A stretch of 64,000 bases of DNA from an uncultured virus (IMG/VR IMGVR_UViG_3300021256_002084). Taxonomy: Duplodnaviria > Heunggongvirae > Uroviricota > Caudoviricetes. Where the stretch lies: IMG/VR virus record IMGVR_UViG_3300021256_002084; one strand, 5' to 3'. Under the pieces are notes generated by a model that worked only from the letters and a program-made list of their open reading frames with translations, was not told where the DNA came from and did not search any database. The number at the start of each line of letters is the position of its first letter. Positions within the stretch are counted from its first letter, which is position 1. Position numbers and translations under genes: made by a program. Shown in pieces: positions 45,554 to 55,494 of this stretch.

Positions 45554-46117
45554 TCAGTCCTCTTTGCAGATACGGAAAATGTAGAGATACTTGTAGACGT
45601 CTTCCAGGATTCCGCTTGTAGCGTTACGACAACCCTCGTATTCAGCATCGTCCTCGTGAGCAGTCATAAAGTTCTGGAGACAAATCTTCAGTTCATTAAG
45701 CACGCAGATTGGATTGTCCTGTACGGGAAGTACAATCTGAGTGAAGTCAGAAGGGCAGAACTGAAAACCAAGAACACCCTGGATATTCTCAGCGATATCG
45801 TCCTTGTATGCTTCCAGTTTCTCCAGGAAATCGTCAAGAGCATTGTGATAACTCATATTGGGAGCAGCCCAGTGAAGTACACGCAGTTTGTCGCAGAAAG
45901 CGAAAATCTTACACATAAACACGATGTTGTCTCCGAGTTCTTCAGCGTCACGTCCCTCGCATTCTTTCTTGCAGCAACCGCTTTCTGGATCGCACATCTT
46001 GCAGCATTCATCGCCGATACACTTAACATCAGCAACGTACTGGACCTGTTCTGGTTCAATCTCCTGAGTGATATATTTCACTTGGTCTTTCGGTAAATAT
46101 GCAAAATTGTTATTCAT
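45554..46117 (-). CDS. Ferritin/Dps-like protein (DUF5856-type) with Cys-rich N-terminal insert
   Basis: LHW......H.ALD......D.IAE..QG pattern; CIGDECCKMCDPESGCCKKEC segment. Confidence 0.65.
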   Translation of the reverse strand: MNNNFAYLPKDQVKYITQEIEPEQVQYVADVKCIGDECCKMCDPESGCCKKECEGRDAEELGDNIVFMCKIFAFCDKLRVLHWAAPNMSYHNALDDFLEKLEAYKDDIAENIQGVLGFQFCPSDFTQIVLPVQDNPICVLNELKICLQNFMTAHEDDAEYEGCRNATSGILEDVYKYLYIFRICKED

Positions 46118-46146
46118 CTTTATATATTGTATAAACGTTTTCTATA

Positions 46147-46926
46147 TTATTTATTATTTTCTTTCTTTTTCAAGCGTAATCTGTCGTTAATTGCTTTCAG
46201 AGCATAGTCATAGTTACCGCCGTGCTTCTGCGCAAGTGTTTCAATCTTGCTGAAAAGTTCTACGACACTATTGAATGCAGAGTCGTCTTCAGAGATTTTC
46301 TTCAACATAGCAGTTATGTTCTTTGCTTTCTCTACCTTCTCTTCAGATGGTTTATTTTTTGTCTTCTTCGGCTCTTCTTCTGTTTTGTCTTCATCGAAGT
46401 AGTCAGCGCCCCATATAGCATCAATCAACGCTTTCTTGAACTTGTCAATATCTGAAGTCAGATTCTTGATTTCTTCCTGAACGTCTTTCTGCTATATGTA
46501 AATATCACGGATAACAACTTCGTTACCTTTAAGAAGATTGGAAAGTTTATTTTTGAGATTCTTCTTTGCTTTATCGCTCGTTGCTTCCTTAGCAGTACGC
46601 TTGATGAAAGCAATTTTCTGAGCCTTTGGAGCAAACAAGAATGAATATACGTCATTCTCAGTATCGTCTATACGCTGACCCAACCAAATCTGAGCATAGT
46701 CAAGATCCTGATTCTTCATTTTCTTAGCAAGCATCCAGAATTCATTGGACTTCATAAATTTGTGACGATATGTATAGTCATCTGAATCAGTGTCAGATGT
46801 ATCATTAATATCTTCATTGACGGGTTTTATATTCTTCTCTCTTTCTGTCATCAATTTTTCGACGACTGTTGAGAGTTGAGACATAACGCTCTCGAATATT
46901 TCTCTTTTTTCTTCTTGTGATAACAT
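46147..46926 (-). CDS. Hypothetical protein (TAG=Gln at 46492)
   Basis: Two track ORFs join in frame; N-terminus KREIFESVMSQLSTVVE; GATAAATA at 46952. Confidence 0.7.
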
Positions 46927-47028
46927 GTTATTGATATAAATTGATTTTAATTATTTATCTAATGTTTGCTGAGAAGAAAGATAAGTTTCAAGAAAAAGAA
47001 AGAGGACGCTAGAAAGCATCCTCCCGAA

Positions 47029-47619
47029 TTATTTGCGAGTTTTCTTGATTTCTTTATAAAAGCATTTCCGACAGAGTGTCACATACTTGTCTTCAGAACC
47101 GCATTCTACTTGAGCGCCTTCCGTGACTATACGTCCTTTATCGTCCATTCGAGCATTGACTGATGCTCTATTACCACATTTGCAAGTAGACTTCATCTCT
47201 TCCATTTTGTCTGCAATCTCAAAGAGACGCTTGCTGCCCGGAAACAGTTTAGTCTGGAAATCTGTTCTAAGTCCGTAACAAATGACATTGATATTCAGAA
47301 CATCTACAACTTTCGCTAGTTGGTCGACTTGCTTCTCAGTAAGAAACTGACATTCGTCTACGAGAATCCATTTATAGTCAGGGCCATCGCTCAGTGCTTG
47401 TGAGACTTTAACGAACACATTCTCTTCTTGCGAAATCGGGAGACATTGCTCTTCAACACTTAATGCACGAGAACGGATAACTCCAGAATCTCTCGTATCG
47501 ATAGTGCTTTTAATAAGCAGAACGTCAATTCCGCGCTCTCTAAAACCGTAAGCCTTAGAGAGCAACGAAAGTGACTTTCCGCAGTTCATACATCCATAAT
47601 AGAAGTATAACTTAGACAT
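47029..47619 (-). CDS. tdk: Thymidine kinase
   Basis: YGCMNCGKS, DECQF, YGLRTDF, Zn-binding CxC...CxxC. Confidence 0.95.
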   Translation of the reverse strand: MSKLYFYYGCMNCGKSLSLLSKAYGFRERGIDVLLIKSTIDTRDSGVIRSRALSVEEQCLPISQEENVFVKVSQALSDGPDYKWILVDECQFLTEKQVDQLAKVVDVLNINVICYGLRTDFQTKLFPGSKRLFEIADKMEEMKSTCKCGNRASVNARMDDKGRIVTEGAQVECGSEDKYVTLCRKCFYKEIKKTRK

Positions 47620-47635
47620 TAATTGATTGAGTGGA

Positions 47636-48355
47636 TTACTTTTTACCTGAGATAATCTCATCGATGATTCCCTTCGGACCGTAGTTGAGGGCTTCTTCTG
47701 CGCTTAACCAGCAGTCGCGATCGGCGTCTTTCTCAATTTCCTCGTATGACTTGCCAGTCTTCTCGGCTAAGAAATCGAAGAGTTGCTTCTTGTAGTAGAG
47801 AATCTCCTTGACTTCAATCTCCATATCAGATGCCTGGACGTGTCCACCGCCGAAACCTCCTAATGGCTGATGCAGCAAGATACGGGAACGCTTTGTTGCG
47901 AAGCGATGACCTGGAGTTCCGGCTACAAGCAGAATGCTTGCCATTGAAGCAGCAGTTCCGAGCGCAATCGTATTGATAGCAAGAGAATCAGACTCGATGT
48001 ACTCGAATGTATCAAGTATAGAGTTACCGCTTGCGATGCTACCGCCGGGAGAGTTGATGTAAACCTGAATATCTTTCGCATCATTCTCGTTACTCAGCCA
48101 GAGCAACTGTGCGTTGACGATGCTAGCCATTGTATCGTCGATCGCATCAGAGATGAAAATGATTCGGTCACGCATCAGACGTGAGAAGACGTCGAGTTGT
48201 GTCATATTCATCTGACTCTGTTCGATAATGTAGGGACTCTGATACATCATAGGCATCGACATATTACCGATATGCTTTCCGTAGTCGTCAATGACCATTC
48301 CGCTGATGCTTCGCTTGTCCATAGCGAATCTTCTGAAATCTTTAAAATTATTCAT
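47636..48355 (-). CDS. clpP: ATP-dependent Clp protease proteolytic subunit
   Basis: DVFSRL..DRII, YINSPGG, AASMA, HQPLGG, DRD. Confidence 0.95.
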   Translation of the reverse strand: MNNFKDFRRFAMDKRSISGMVIDDYGKHIGNMSMPMMYQSPYIIEQSQMNMTQLDVFSRLMRDRIIFISDAIDDTMASIVNAQLLWLSNENDAKDIQVYINSPGGSIASGNSILDTFEYIESDSLAINTIALGTAASMASILLVAGTPGHRFATKRSRILLHQPLGGFGGGHVQASDMEIEVKEILYYKKQLFDFLAEKTGKSYEEIEKDADRDCWLSAEEALNYGPKGIIDEIISGKK

Positions 48356-48439
48356 TATTTCTTGAGTTTGAAATTATTAATCGTTTCTTTGAGCAGCAGA
48401 GAAATCCACTACTTAAAGATGTTACCAAAGAATAATGAA

Positions 48440-49558
48440 TTAGTTTCGCTATGCGGAGAAGTTTTTGAGTTCTCTTTTTCTAGGAATGAATATCGAAGAC
48501 ATCAGATTCTCGTATTTCTCAAGAGGGCATACAACAGCGAGTGCTGTACCAATGCAGAATATCTCATCCAGTTGAGCAAATTCACCCAAATAAATGACAG
48601 AGCGTATGTATGTTGGCGACAGTGAACCGTTCTTCATCAGACACCAAGATGTCTTCGGACATGGATGTACACGCTTTGTCTTCAGTTTCTTCATCATTCT
48701 CTGTATCATCTGGGGAACTTCAGCCTTAGCATTCGAACCTATCTTATATTTCTCGAAATTGCCGGAACAATGAGCAGACAACCACATCTGAGTATCATTC
48801 GATATAAAATCATTGAAATTAATAGTATTTGACAGAATGCGTTCGCTAAGATTCAATCGTTTGTGGATTTCATCGACTTCTTCGTGTATCTTCCTATCAG
48901 CGCGAAGAGCATAGTTCTGACAATGGTAGATGTCGACTTTCTTCATCAGAAATTTGTTCGTTTTCGGGACGATGGTCTCCCACATTCCTTTCATATGTAC
49001 ATATTCTTCATAGTACTTTTCGGGAACTCCGAACATCCTACATACATTATTGAACTTAGATAATTCATTATGAGTTCTCCACTCACTAAACTGAGATGTA
49101 ATTGAACTATATCTCGATTCACGACGAATCTTCTCTGTATTCACATCTTTATAAACCGTCTCTTCGCAATTAGGAACGTCGCCGATGATACTTACAGAAT
49201 ATTCTGCTCCAAGAATTCTTAAATGCTCATTTATTCCATCAAGGAAATTGCAGATAGAATGTGCAGAATAGAAATGTGGATGTAAGCCGAATGTAAACAG
49301 TTTTGTCTTCCTGACTATTTCGTCTTCTGGCTTCAAAAATACGTCGCTGTATTCGATGTACTGAGAAAATGATTCTAAGACATCGTATATATGTTCTTTG
49401 ATATGTGAGTAGTCGTCATCTTTCTTATATACTTCGACATCTATTCTGACAGGATAGTCGTCAATGTCAGAAATATTGCCGCCATCACATTCTTTAATGA
49501 GCGTATCTTGAGCAGTTGCGCTTATATCGCTTATAGTCAATTCGTCGAGTAAATCCAT
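48440..49558 (-). CDS. Hypothetical protein (TAG three codons before TAA)
   Basis: 369-372 aa; N-terminal DLLDE resembles the YED(L/I)LDD family. Confidence 0.7.
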
Positions 49559-49576
49559 AATTCTTTATATTTGCGA

Positions 49577-49607
49577 CAAAGATACGAAATCTTTTCGAAC
49601 TATGCAA
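49577..49607 (-). promoter_or_regulatory. Bacteroidota sigma-A type promoter
   Basis: TTGC-N19-TATCTTTG. Confidence 0.7.
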
Positions 49608-49695
49608 GCATTCTCAGAAGAAAGTGAAATTTCGTTAGGATTATTTAACAAAAGAGAGACATCCGAACTGACGTCTCTCTTTTGAATTTGAATAG

Positions 49696-49914
49696 TTAGT
49701 TATTCGGGTTTCTCATTTTGATGAAATTTCTGTACTTAGCACGAGCGCAGTCATTACACGGAACATACAAGTCGAGCAATCTATCGTACATTTCCCGGAA
49801 CTTCTTTATCTGTTCGCAGTTGCTGTACATCTGACCATAGTAGTGAACATCTTCGCTACCAGTCCCGTTCTAAATGATGCTCTTCTTGAAGAAGATGTGT
49901 CTGTAAACCTTCAT
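49696..49914 (-). CDS. Small hypothetical protein missed by the track (one TAG)
   Basis: ATGA overlap with the upstream gene; 72 aa MKVYRHIFFKKSII-Q-NGTGSED...CNDC...; terminator follows at about 49650-49685. Confidence 0.55.
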
Positions 49915-50411
49915 AAGAACAACAGATAACCAACGTAACCCAATGCTCCAGCGACAGCAGTGATGCTTCCATATAAAGCAGCCAATGCTTTACGCTTCAG
50001 CGACGGGTAAACAATTGGGTTAAATTTCCATACAGCGAGATAAAGTACGCTGATGTCATCAGATGATGGATCCTCGATGTGGAAGTACTCAGGAAGACTG
50101 ATGTAGTTAGCGAATCCGGCGTCCTTACGCAAGAACTCTGATATGAAATACGTATTCTCGTTCAGTCGTTCTTGAATCATAAAATCATTCCGGCTAGCCT
50201 GAAGTTCAGCAGGGATGTTCGTCACGTACACCAGACTCTCCCGGTCATCAGCCAGTTTGAGGTTCATCTTCACGAATTTGCTCTGCGGATCGATGCATTC
50301 TTCACGCACAGTCCGCAGATACAGTTTCCTGTTCTTGTTATCGAGACTAATCTGACGATACATATTCATCGTCTCATAGTACCATTCTCTTATCTTTCTG
50401 AAAAATGTCAT
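49911..50411 (-). CDS. Hypothetical protein with C-terminal TM helix
   Basis: 166 aa; hydrophobic C-terminus; GATAAATA at 50442. Confidence 0.7.
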   Translation of the reverse strand: MTFFRKIREWYYETMNMYRQISLDNKNRKLYLRTVREECIDPQSKFVKMNLKLADDRESLVYVTNIPAELQASRNDFMIQERLNENTYFISEFLRKDAGFANYISLPEYFHIEDPSSDDISVLYLAVWKFNPIVYPSLKRKALAALYGSITAVAGALGYVGYLLFL

Positions 50412-50455
50412 AATAAGTTTCTTCTCTTTTCTTATTTACGTTATTTATCAAAAGA

Positions 50456-51553
50456 TTAATAAAAAGCCGACTCTTCTTCATCTTTATCGTGCGATGCATC
50501 ACGATAGACTATATAAAGGTCGCTGTACTTCTCCATAAGAGTCTCTTTCAAGACTTCCTTGTTCTTGTAGTAACAATTCTTGACTTTCGACTCAGTCATA
50601 TTCAGAGTCTCAGCAATCTCACGTAGAGTCATATCGTCTTGATTCTTCATCTTGCAGATGACTTGGAAAAGCGGATCCATAGTGAGAATCTCGTTAATTG
50701 AAGCATCGTGCATCTTCATCGTGACTTCCTCGAAATCGTTAGACTCAATTTGGTTTGAGTCATTGATGACGTAGTAAGTATTGTCTACAGTTGCAGCATT
50801 GTCACCGTTAGGATGCAGAGCGCTGGCAAACACATCATTGACGTCGACGTCGATAGTACGGTCCTGTCCGTCTTTCTTTAACTGGCTGAATGTGATGTTG
50901 CGTGCAATCGTATAGAGCCATGTGCTGAAGTTCGACTTGTCTGGGTCGTACATATAGCGCTTCTCCCAAGCGCGGATGAACGTTTCCTGAACCATATCTT
51001 CGGCACGTTCCCAATCGCCGATAATCTTAGTGAGGTGTGAGTGGACACCGAAACGGAATCTGTCCCAAAGAGTGTTGAATGCGTTCGGTGTAGGGTTCGA
51101 GTAGAACTTGCGCACAATCGACCTGTCGATTTCCATCTGCTTCTGCTTCTTGCTCAGAGACTTCGGGCGCTTGTTATCCTCTCGAATCGCAGCGTCTATC
51201 TTCTCGACGATGAGAAGAGACTGTTCATTTATATAAGGTGTGGGATTCACTGTGCCAACAGACGTCTGTGCCTTACGTCCGTTTTCTTTTTCTGTACTGA
51301 TTCTCTTTGCCAGTCTCGCTGTGCGATTGTTCGTCAGTTTGCAGTACTCTCGCTCTCCGATGCGATCCATAATGCTTGTGAAACCGATCTTTCTGGCTTT
51401 AGCCATCAGCCGGTTGTGGACTTTTTCAAATTTGGCGCGGATGTTTATATCCTCAATGCCGGCGATGTGCTCAAGAACAGTACAGAACATTCTGTCTGAT
51501 GGTCCCGCCATCTCACTCAGAAGTGACTGCTCAAATTTCGTTCTTTTCTTCAT
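50456..51553 (-). CDS. Phage-encoded sigma-70 family (ECF-like) sigma factor with N-terminal extension
   Basis: Region 2 AEDMVQETFIRAW...FSTWLYTIARN; region 4 MTLREIAETLNMTESKVK. Confidence 0.85.
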   Translation of the reverse strand: MKKRTKFEQSLLSEMAGPSDRMFCTVLEHIAGIEDINIRAKFEKVHNRLMAKARKIGFTSIMDRIGEREYCKLTNNRTARLAKRISTEKENGRKAQTSVGTVNPTPYINEQSLLIVEKIDAAIREDNKRPKSLSKKQKQMEIDRSIVRKFYSNPTPNAFNTLWDRFRFGVHSHLTKIIGDWERAEDMVQETFIRAWEKRYMYDPDKSNFSTWLYTIARNITFSQLKKDGQDRTIDVDVNDVFASALHPNGDNAATVDNTYYVINDSNQIESNDFEEVTMKMHDASINEILTMDPLFQVICKMKNQDDMTLREIAETLNMTESKVKNCYYKNKEVLKETLMEKYSDLYIVYRDASHDKDEEESAFY

Positions 51554-51670
51554 TATTATATATAGAGGGTTGCGTTTTGTCAGCCTCAGTTGGTAATATC
51601 AGAACTAACGTCAGAAGACATCAAATCTTTGCAGCATTAGATGATCTGTTATTTACACCGAAAACTGCTG

Positions 51671-51702
51671 CAAAGATACAATTTTATTTTTGAATAAACA
51701 AA
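51671..51702 (-). promoter_or_regulatory. Bacteroidota sigma-A type promoter of the sigma gene
   Basis: TTTG...TATCTTTG. Confidence 0.65.
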
Positions 51703-51731
51703 CTTTTTAAGAGAAATTTTTGTTTTGAACG

Positions 51732-53630
51732 TTATTTTTTTCTGAAAATTCCCGGTTGATAGCCCAATTGCTTCTGCCGGACGGTCAAATAGTCCAAAGC
51801 TTTATCTCTCGGCATCTCATTTCTGAACCTTGCGAGACGTTTGTCTTGCTCAGTAAGTTTGAACCATTCTTCCTTCGATTGTGGCAGGATGCTGATGCTC
51901 TTGTCATACCATTCTGACATCATTCTCTGATATAAATCACTTATCTTTTCGTCACAGGAACGCCACAATGCATCAATCTTTCTCATCTTGTCTACATCGT
52001 TCGGTAAACGCTCATCTGTATATGTCTTGACTTGAAATATCGGGCAAGCGAAGTCGACCGTCTTTTCATCGAAGTCTTTGTCGATGAAATCGTATCCTCC
52101 GATGGTATGATATACCTATTCATAGGGAAGATTCAACTGAATGAAGCGCTGATTAAGTTTTCCGCCCAATGCATTGTCATCGCAACTGTACCACTTCTTC
52201 TCGAATTGGCGTACAGTGCTAACAGAACCACATATCCTCTTGATAACGTTGATGTTACGACGAGAGAGAATCATCAGTTGACCACCCATATATGTATTGA
52301 ACGCCGAGAAATAACCAGCATACAACTTAGCAGAGAAGAACATACTGTCGTCGTGGATATAACTCAGGAACTCATTAATCAGAGGAACGTTAATCCAAGT
52401 AGAGTTATTTGTACGCACGATATAGTCAAAATCGACTTTCAGTTTATCAGTGATAATAGTGAACGCTTCGATAGTCTTCGAATAAGTGCGGAAGAATGTG
52501 CCGGTCTCAGGATCAGACTCAGTCTTCAAATAGATGATGTGATTCTTCATATCGACGTAAGTCTCCTTACCTTCGGGAGTCTCTGTATACGTCCAGAACT
52601 CAGCAGAGATTCCGGGATACTTCTCCTTGTCGTAGTTGCGCCAAGTCTGATTGCAGATACCTTCGAGCGTGTTGAATGGTTCTTGATTCGTAGACATTGA
52701 CAAGAAAAGAATCCTTTTATAGTCTTGAGCGGGGCGCAAGCGAGTCATAAAGTCAACTGCCGGATGTATGAACTGTCTCGGAAACTTCGTCACATCGACT
52801 GTGTTTCCCGGAGTATTAAACAGCATCAATGCTTTAGCGTCTTTGTCGTCTTCATCGAAATTCTCGAATGCCTCGACAGCACGGTCGATTAAGTCGTCAT
52901 ACTTGTCGAATACTTTTTTAGACGACCAGTTCTCAAGTTTCTTACGAATATCAGCACGAAGCCATGAGAGATGATGCATCTTCACTTCATTCCATTCGAA
53001 GATGTGATACTCTCCGGTCTTCACTTTCTTCTTAGTTCCGTCGGGATTAACTATTTCTTGAGTGCATACATAACGACGAGTAGGATCGCTCGGCTTCGGG
53101 AAGTCATTCGATTCGAAAGCGTGCCGATACTTCGTTTTTGATACCCAAGGCACGTACATACCGTCAGCGAATGGATATTTCAGATAATGAAGATAATCGT
53201 GATAATAATTGACGTACTGACAGTAAGTCATATCATAATCGTGTTCGTCAATCTGTTGAAGTCCGTAGTCGAATGCTTTCTTTGTGTAGTATTCATCAGA
53301 GTCGATTACAAGAACGTGCGAACAGCCGTGATCTTCAGCATCTTGGATAAGGATGTTGCGTTTCTCTGTCTCTTGAACACGAGCCGCTTGTGTAGTGTCT
53401 AATGAAATCTCTACGATGTTGTCGACCAGATGGTCTTCGTCACGAAGACGGAAAATCTCGTTGATGTCAATATTCAACATCGGATCTCCATGATAAGACA
53501 AGCGCTACAATCCGACAGACACGTAGTCAACAGACTCACGTATCGCAGATATTATATTATAAAGGTGTTCAGTTCCTTCGAAGCAAATGATTGCCAAACC
53601 AACTTTCTTGATGTTCTTGTAATTCGCCAT
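51732..53630 (-). CDS. Two-domain glycosyltransferase (TAG at 53505, 52116)
   Basis: ATG 53630; GT-A domain with KRN...HVLVIDSDE; second domain DYIVRTNNSTWIN...DDNALG paralogous to 54416..55456. Confidence 0.7.
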
Positions 53631-53888
53631 TTATATATTCAAATTAGTTTCTCGTTTTATGAATGTATACCTCACGCGCACACGTATACTTATATATTGT
53701 ACAGCGAAAGCCATTCTTCGTTTTATTTATCGAAGAGAAATATATATCTTGAAATTCAAACTTAAAGAAATGAACATTAAAAATAAAATTACCCGAAGAA
53801 CCAAAAGCGATTCTTCGGGCTGGAAATAATTATGACAGTTTTCTAAAGCAGGACGCTTTAAGAAATCTGGTCAGTGAAAGAAGTGATG

Positions 53889-54413
53889 TCAATCCTCTTT
53901 CTTTTCTTCCTTTTTGTTCGTCTGCTTCTTATTGTGAAACTTTCGGTTCTTTCCGTCGCCGTCGTTGCGTCTGCGGTACGGACGTATGGCAATTTCTGTA
54001 AAAAGTTTGTATTCTTCGTTATCTTCGAAGAAATTCTCGATAGCAGTCTTGAGTTCATTGCGCTGATAGTTATACATATAATTCAATACACTCAGCGAAG
54101 CTGGAATCTCACGCAGCAACTTATATGACTCGCCGTGATGCATAATGCGAATCTGACGGTCTTTGTCTATGAAAAGGAAATAGAGTTTCTTCTCAAACTC
54201 AAGTCCGCAAACTAAGAGTCCGGTTGCGTGATCAGTCTCAGGAGCGCTTGGGAAAGTCACATAGCGACCACCGTCTTTGAGAATGACGTTACATATTCTT
54301 TCTTTAGTCTGTTCGTAAGAAGCCTTTCTCTCTTCCCTAGTACGACGCTTCTTAACTGGCGTTGTAGCAGCAAAATCGACTGCAACTTTTTCTGTAAATT
54401 TAAAATCTGTCAT
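53889..54413 (-). CDS. Hypothetical protein with basic tail
   Basis: 174 aa ORF in operon. Confidence 0.65.
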   Translation of the reverse strand: MTDFKFTEKVAVDFAATTPVKKRRTREERKASYEQTKERICNVILKDGGRYVTFPSAPETDHATGLLVCGLEFEKKLYFLFIDKDRQIRIMHHGESYKLLREIPASLSVLNYMYNYQRNELKTAIENFFEDNEEYKLFTEIAIRPYRRRNDGDGKNRKFHNKKQTNKKEEKKED

Positions 54414-54415
54414 AA

Positions 54416-55456
54416 TTATAAACTATTTTTCGTTTGATTATTGTACATCTCTTTTTTGTTTTTGTCTCTGAAATACTGCATTAATTTTTCCGGACTGTAG
54501 TCAAATTTCTCTAAATCTTTCATCGCACGCTCGGCAAAAACAGAATTAACAGTCAAGAATTCGTCCTTGTCTATACTTCCGCGAAAACGTGCGAAAGTCA
54601 CTAATGACGGTGTTGTCGTGCGTATATATAGTTCTTCTGGAGTCTCATCGTCGAAGAACGTCTCAAACTCATCTGCACAGTCCTGCATCTGCTTTCCGAA
54701 TAAGATTTCATATTTCCGGTCATCATAGTACATACGGAAAGGAACTGCTATATAATCTAGGTGTATATGTTCCAGTATCGATTTAGTATCGAAATGCTCA
54801 CACTTTTTGATGCCTTTCCATACATCAAGAGGACTTATACCGTGCTGCTCGCAGTAGACATTGATAATGAAACCTATAGCATTGTCGTCGACGTGATAGA
54901 TACTGTTCTCTTTATCACAGTCACAGACTGCATCGACAGTCCTGTCGTATCGACGCAAAGACTCTACGTCGACTTCTTTGACAATATCTACCCATTTCTT
55001 CGGAATCAACAGAGAATTCCCTAAAGCATAAAGAGAAAAGACGTCTGGACCAGAACCGTTGAATACGCCTTGAATCATCGTTGAGAATATCCTGTCAGCA
55101 TCTTTGTCTGGAATCGCTTCGACGAAATGAATAAGATATGGGACGTTTATCCATGTAGAAAGATTTGTGCGGAAAATATAATCGTACTCAAGACCTATCA
55201 TATCCAAAGCCTGGAATGTGAGTCTCGTCTTGTCCCAAGTATGATCAATATCATCATTACAAGGGACGCTTATCTTGTGATTCGTTCGACTGATATGTAC
55301 TTGGTCATCAGACGATGCTGTGTACGTCCAGAAGTCTACATTCTCGTAAACTCCGGCCAATATATGCTTAGCATAGCACTGCTCACGAATCATCGCTTCC
55401 TCAACACGGAAGAATTCTTCGTTGCATCCCATTGCCAATATAAGAATCTTCTTCAT
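54416..55456 (-). CDS. Putative glycosyltransferase (galactosyltransferase/GT31-like)
   Basis: KT...F......YDYIFRTNLSTWIN and DDNAIG motifs. Confidence 0.6.
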   Translation of the reverse strand: MKKILILAMGCNEEFFRVEEAMIREQCYAKHILAGVYENVDFWTYTASSDDQVHISRTNHKISVPCNDDIDHTWDKTRLTFQALDMIGLEYDYIFRTNLSTWINVPYLIHFVEAIPDKDADRIFSTMIQGVFNGSGPDVFSLYALGNSLLIPKKWVDIVKEVDVESLRRYDRTVDAVCDCDKENSIYHVDDNAIGFIINVYCEQHGISPLDVWKGIKKCEHFDTKSILEHIHLDYIAVPFRMYYDDRKYEILFGKQMQDCADEFETFFDDETPEELYIRTTTPSLVTFARFRGSIDKDEFLTVNSVFAERAMKDLEKFDYSPEKLMQYFRDKNKKEMYNNQTKNSL

Positions 55457-55494
55457 TAAAAATGATACTCTCTTTTCTTGAAATAGTTACATAA

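Noticed and set aside
44592..45584. Long antisense ORFs (also 4259..4984, 5031..5618, 16112..16834, 37604..38386, 52032..52700)
   Set aside because: Shadow frames opposite well-supported genes, with no motifs or upstream signals
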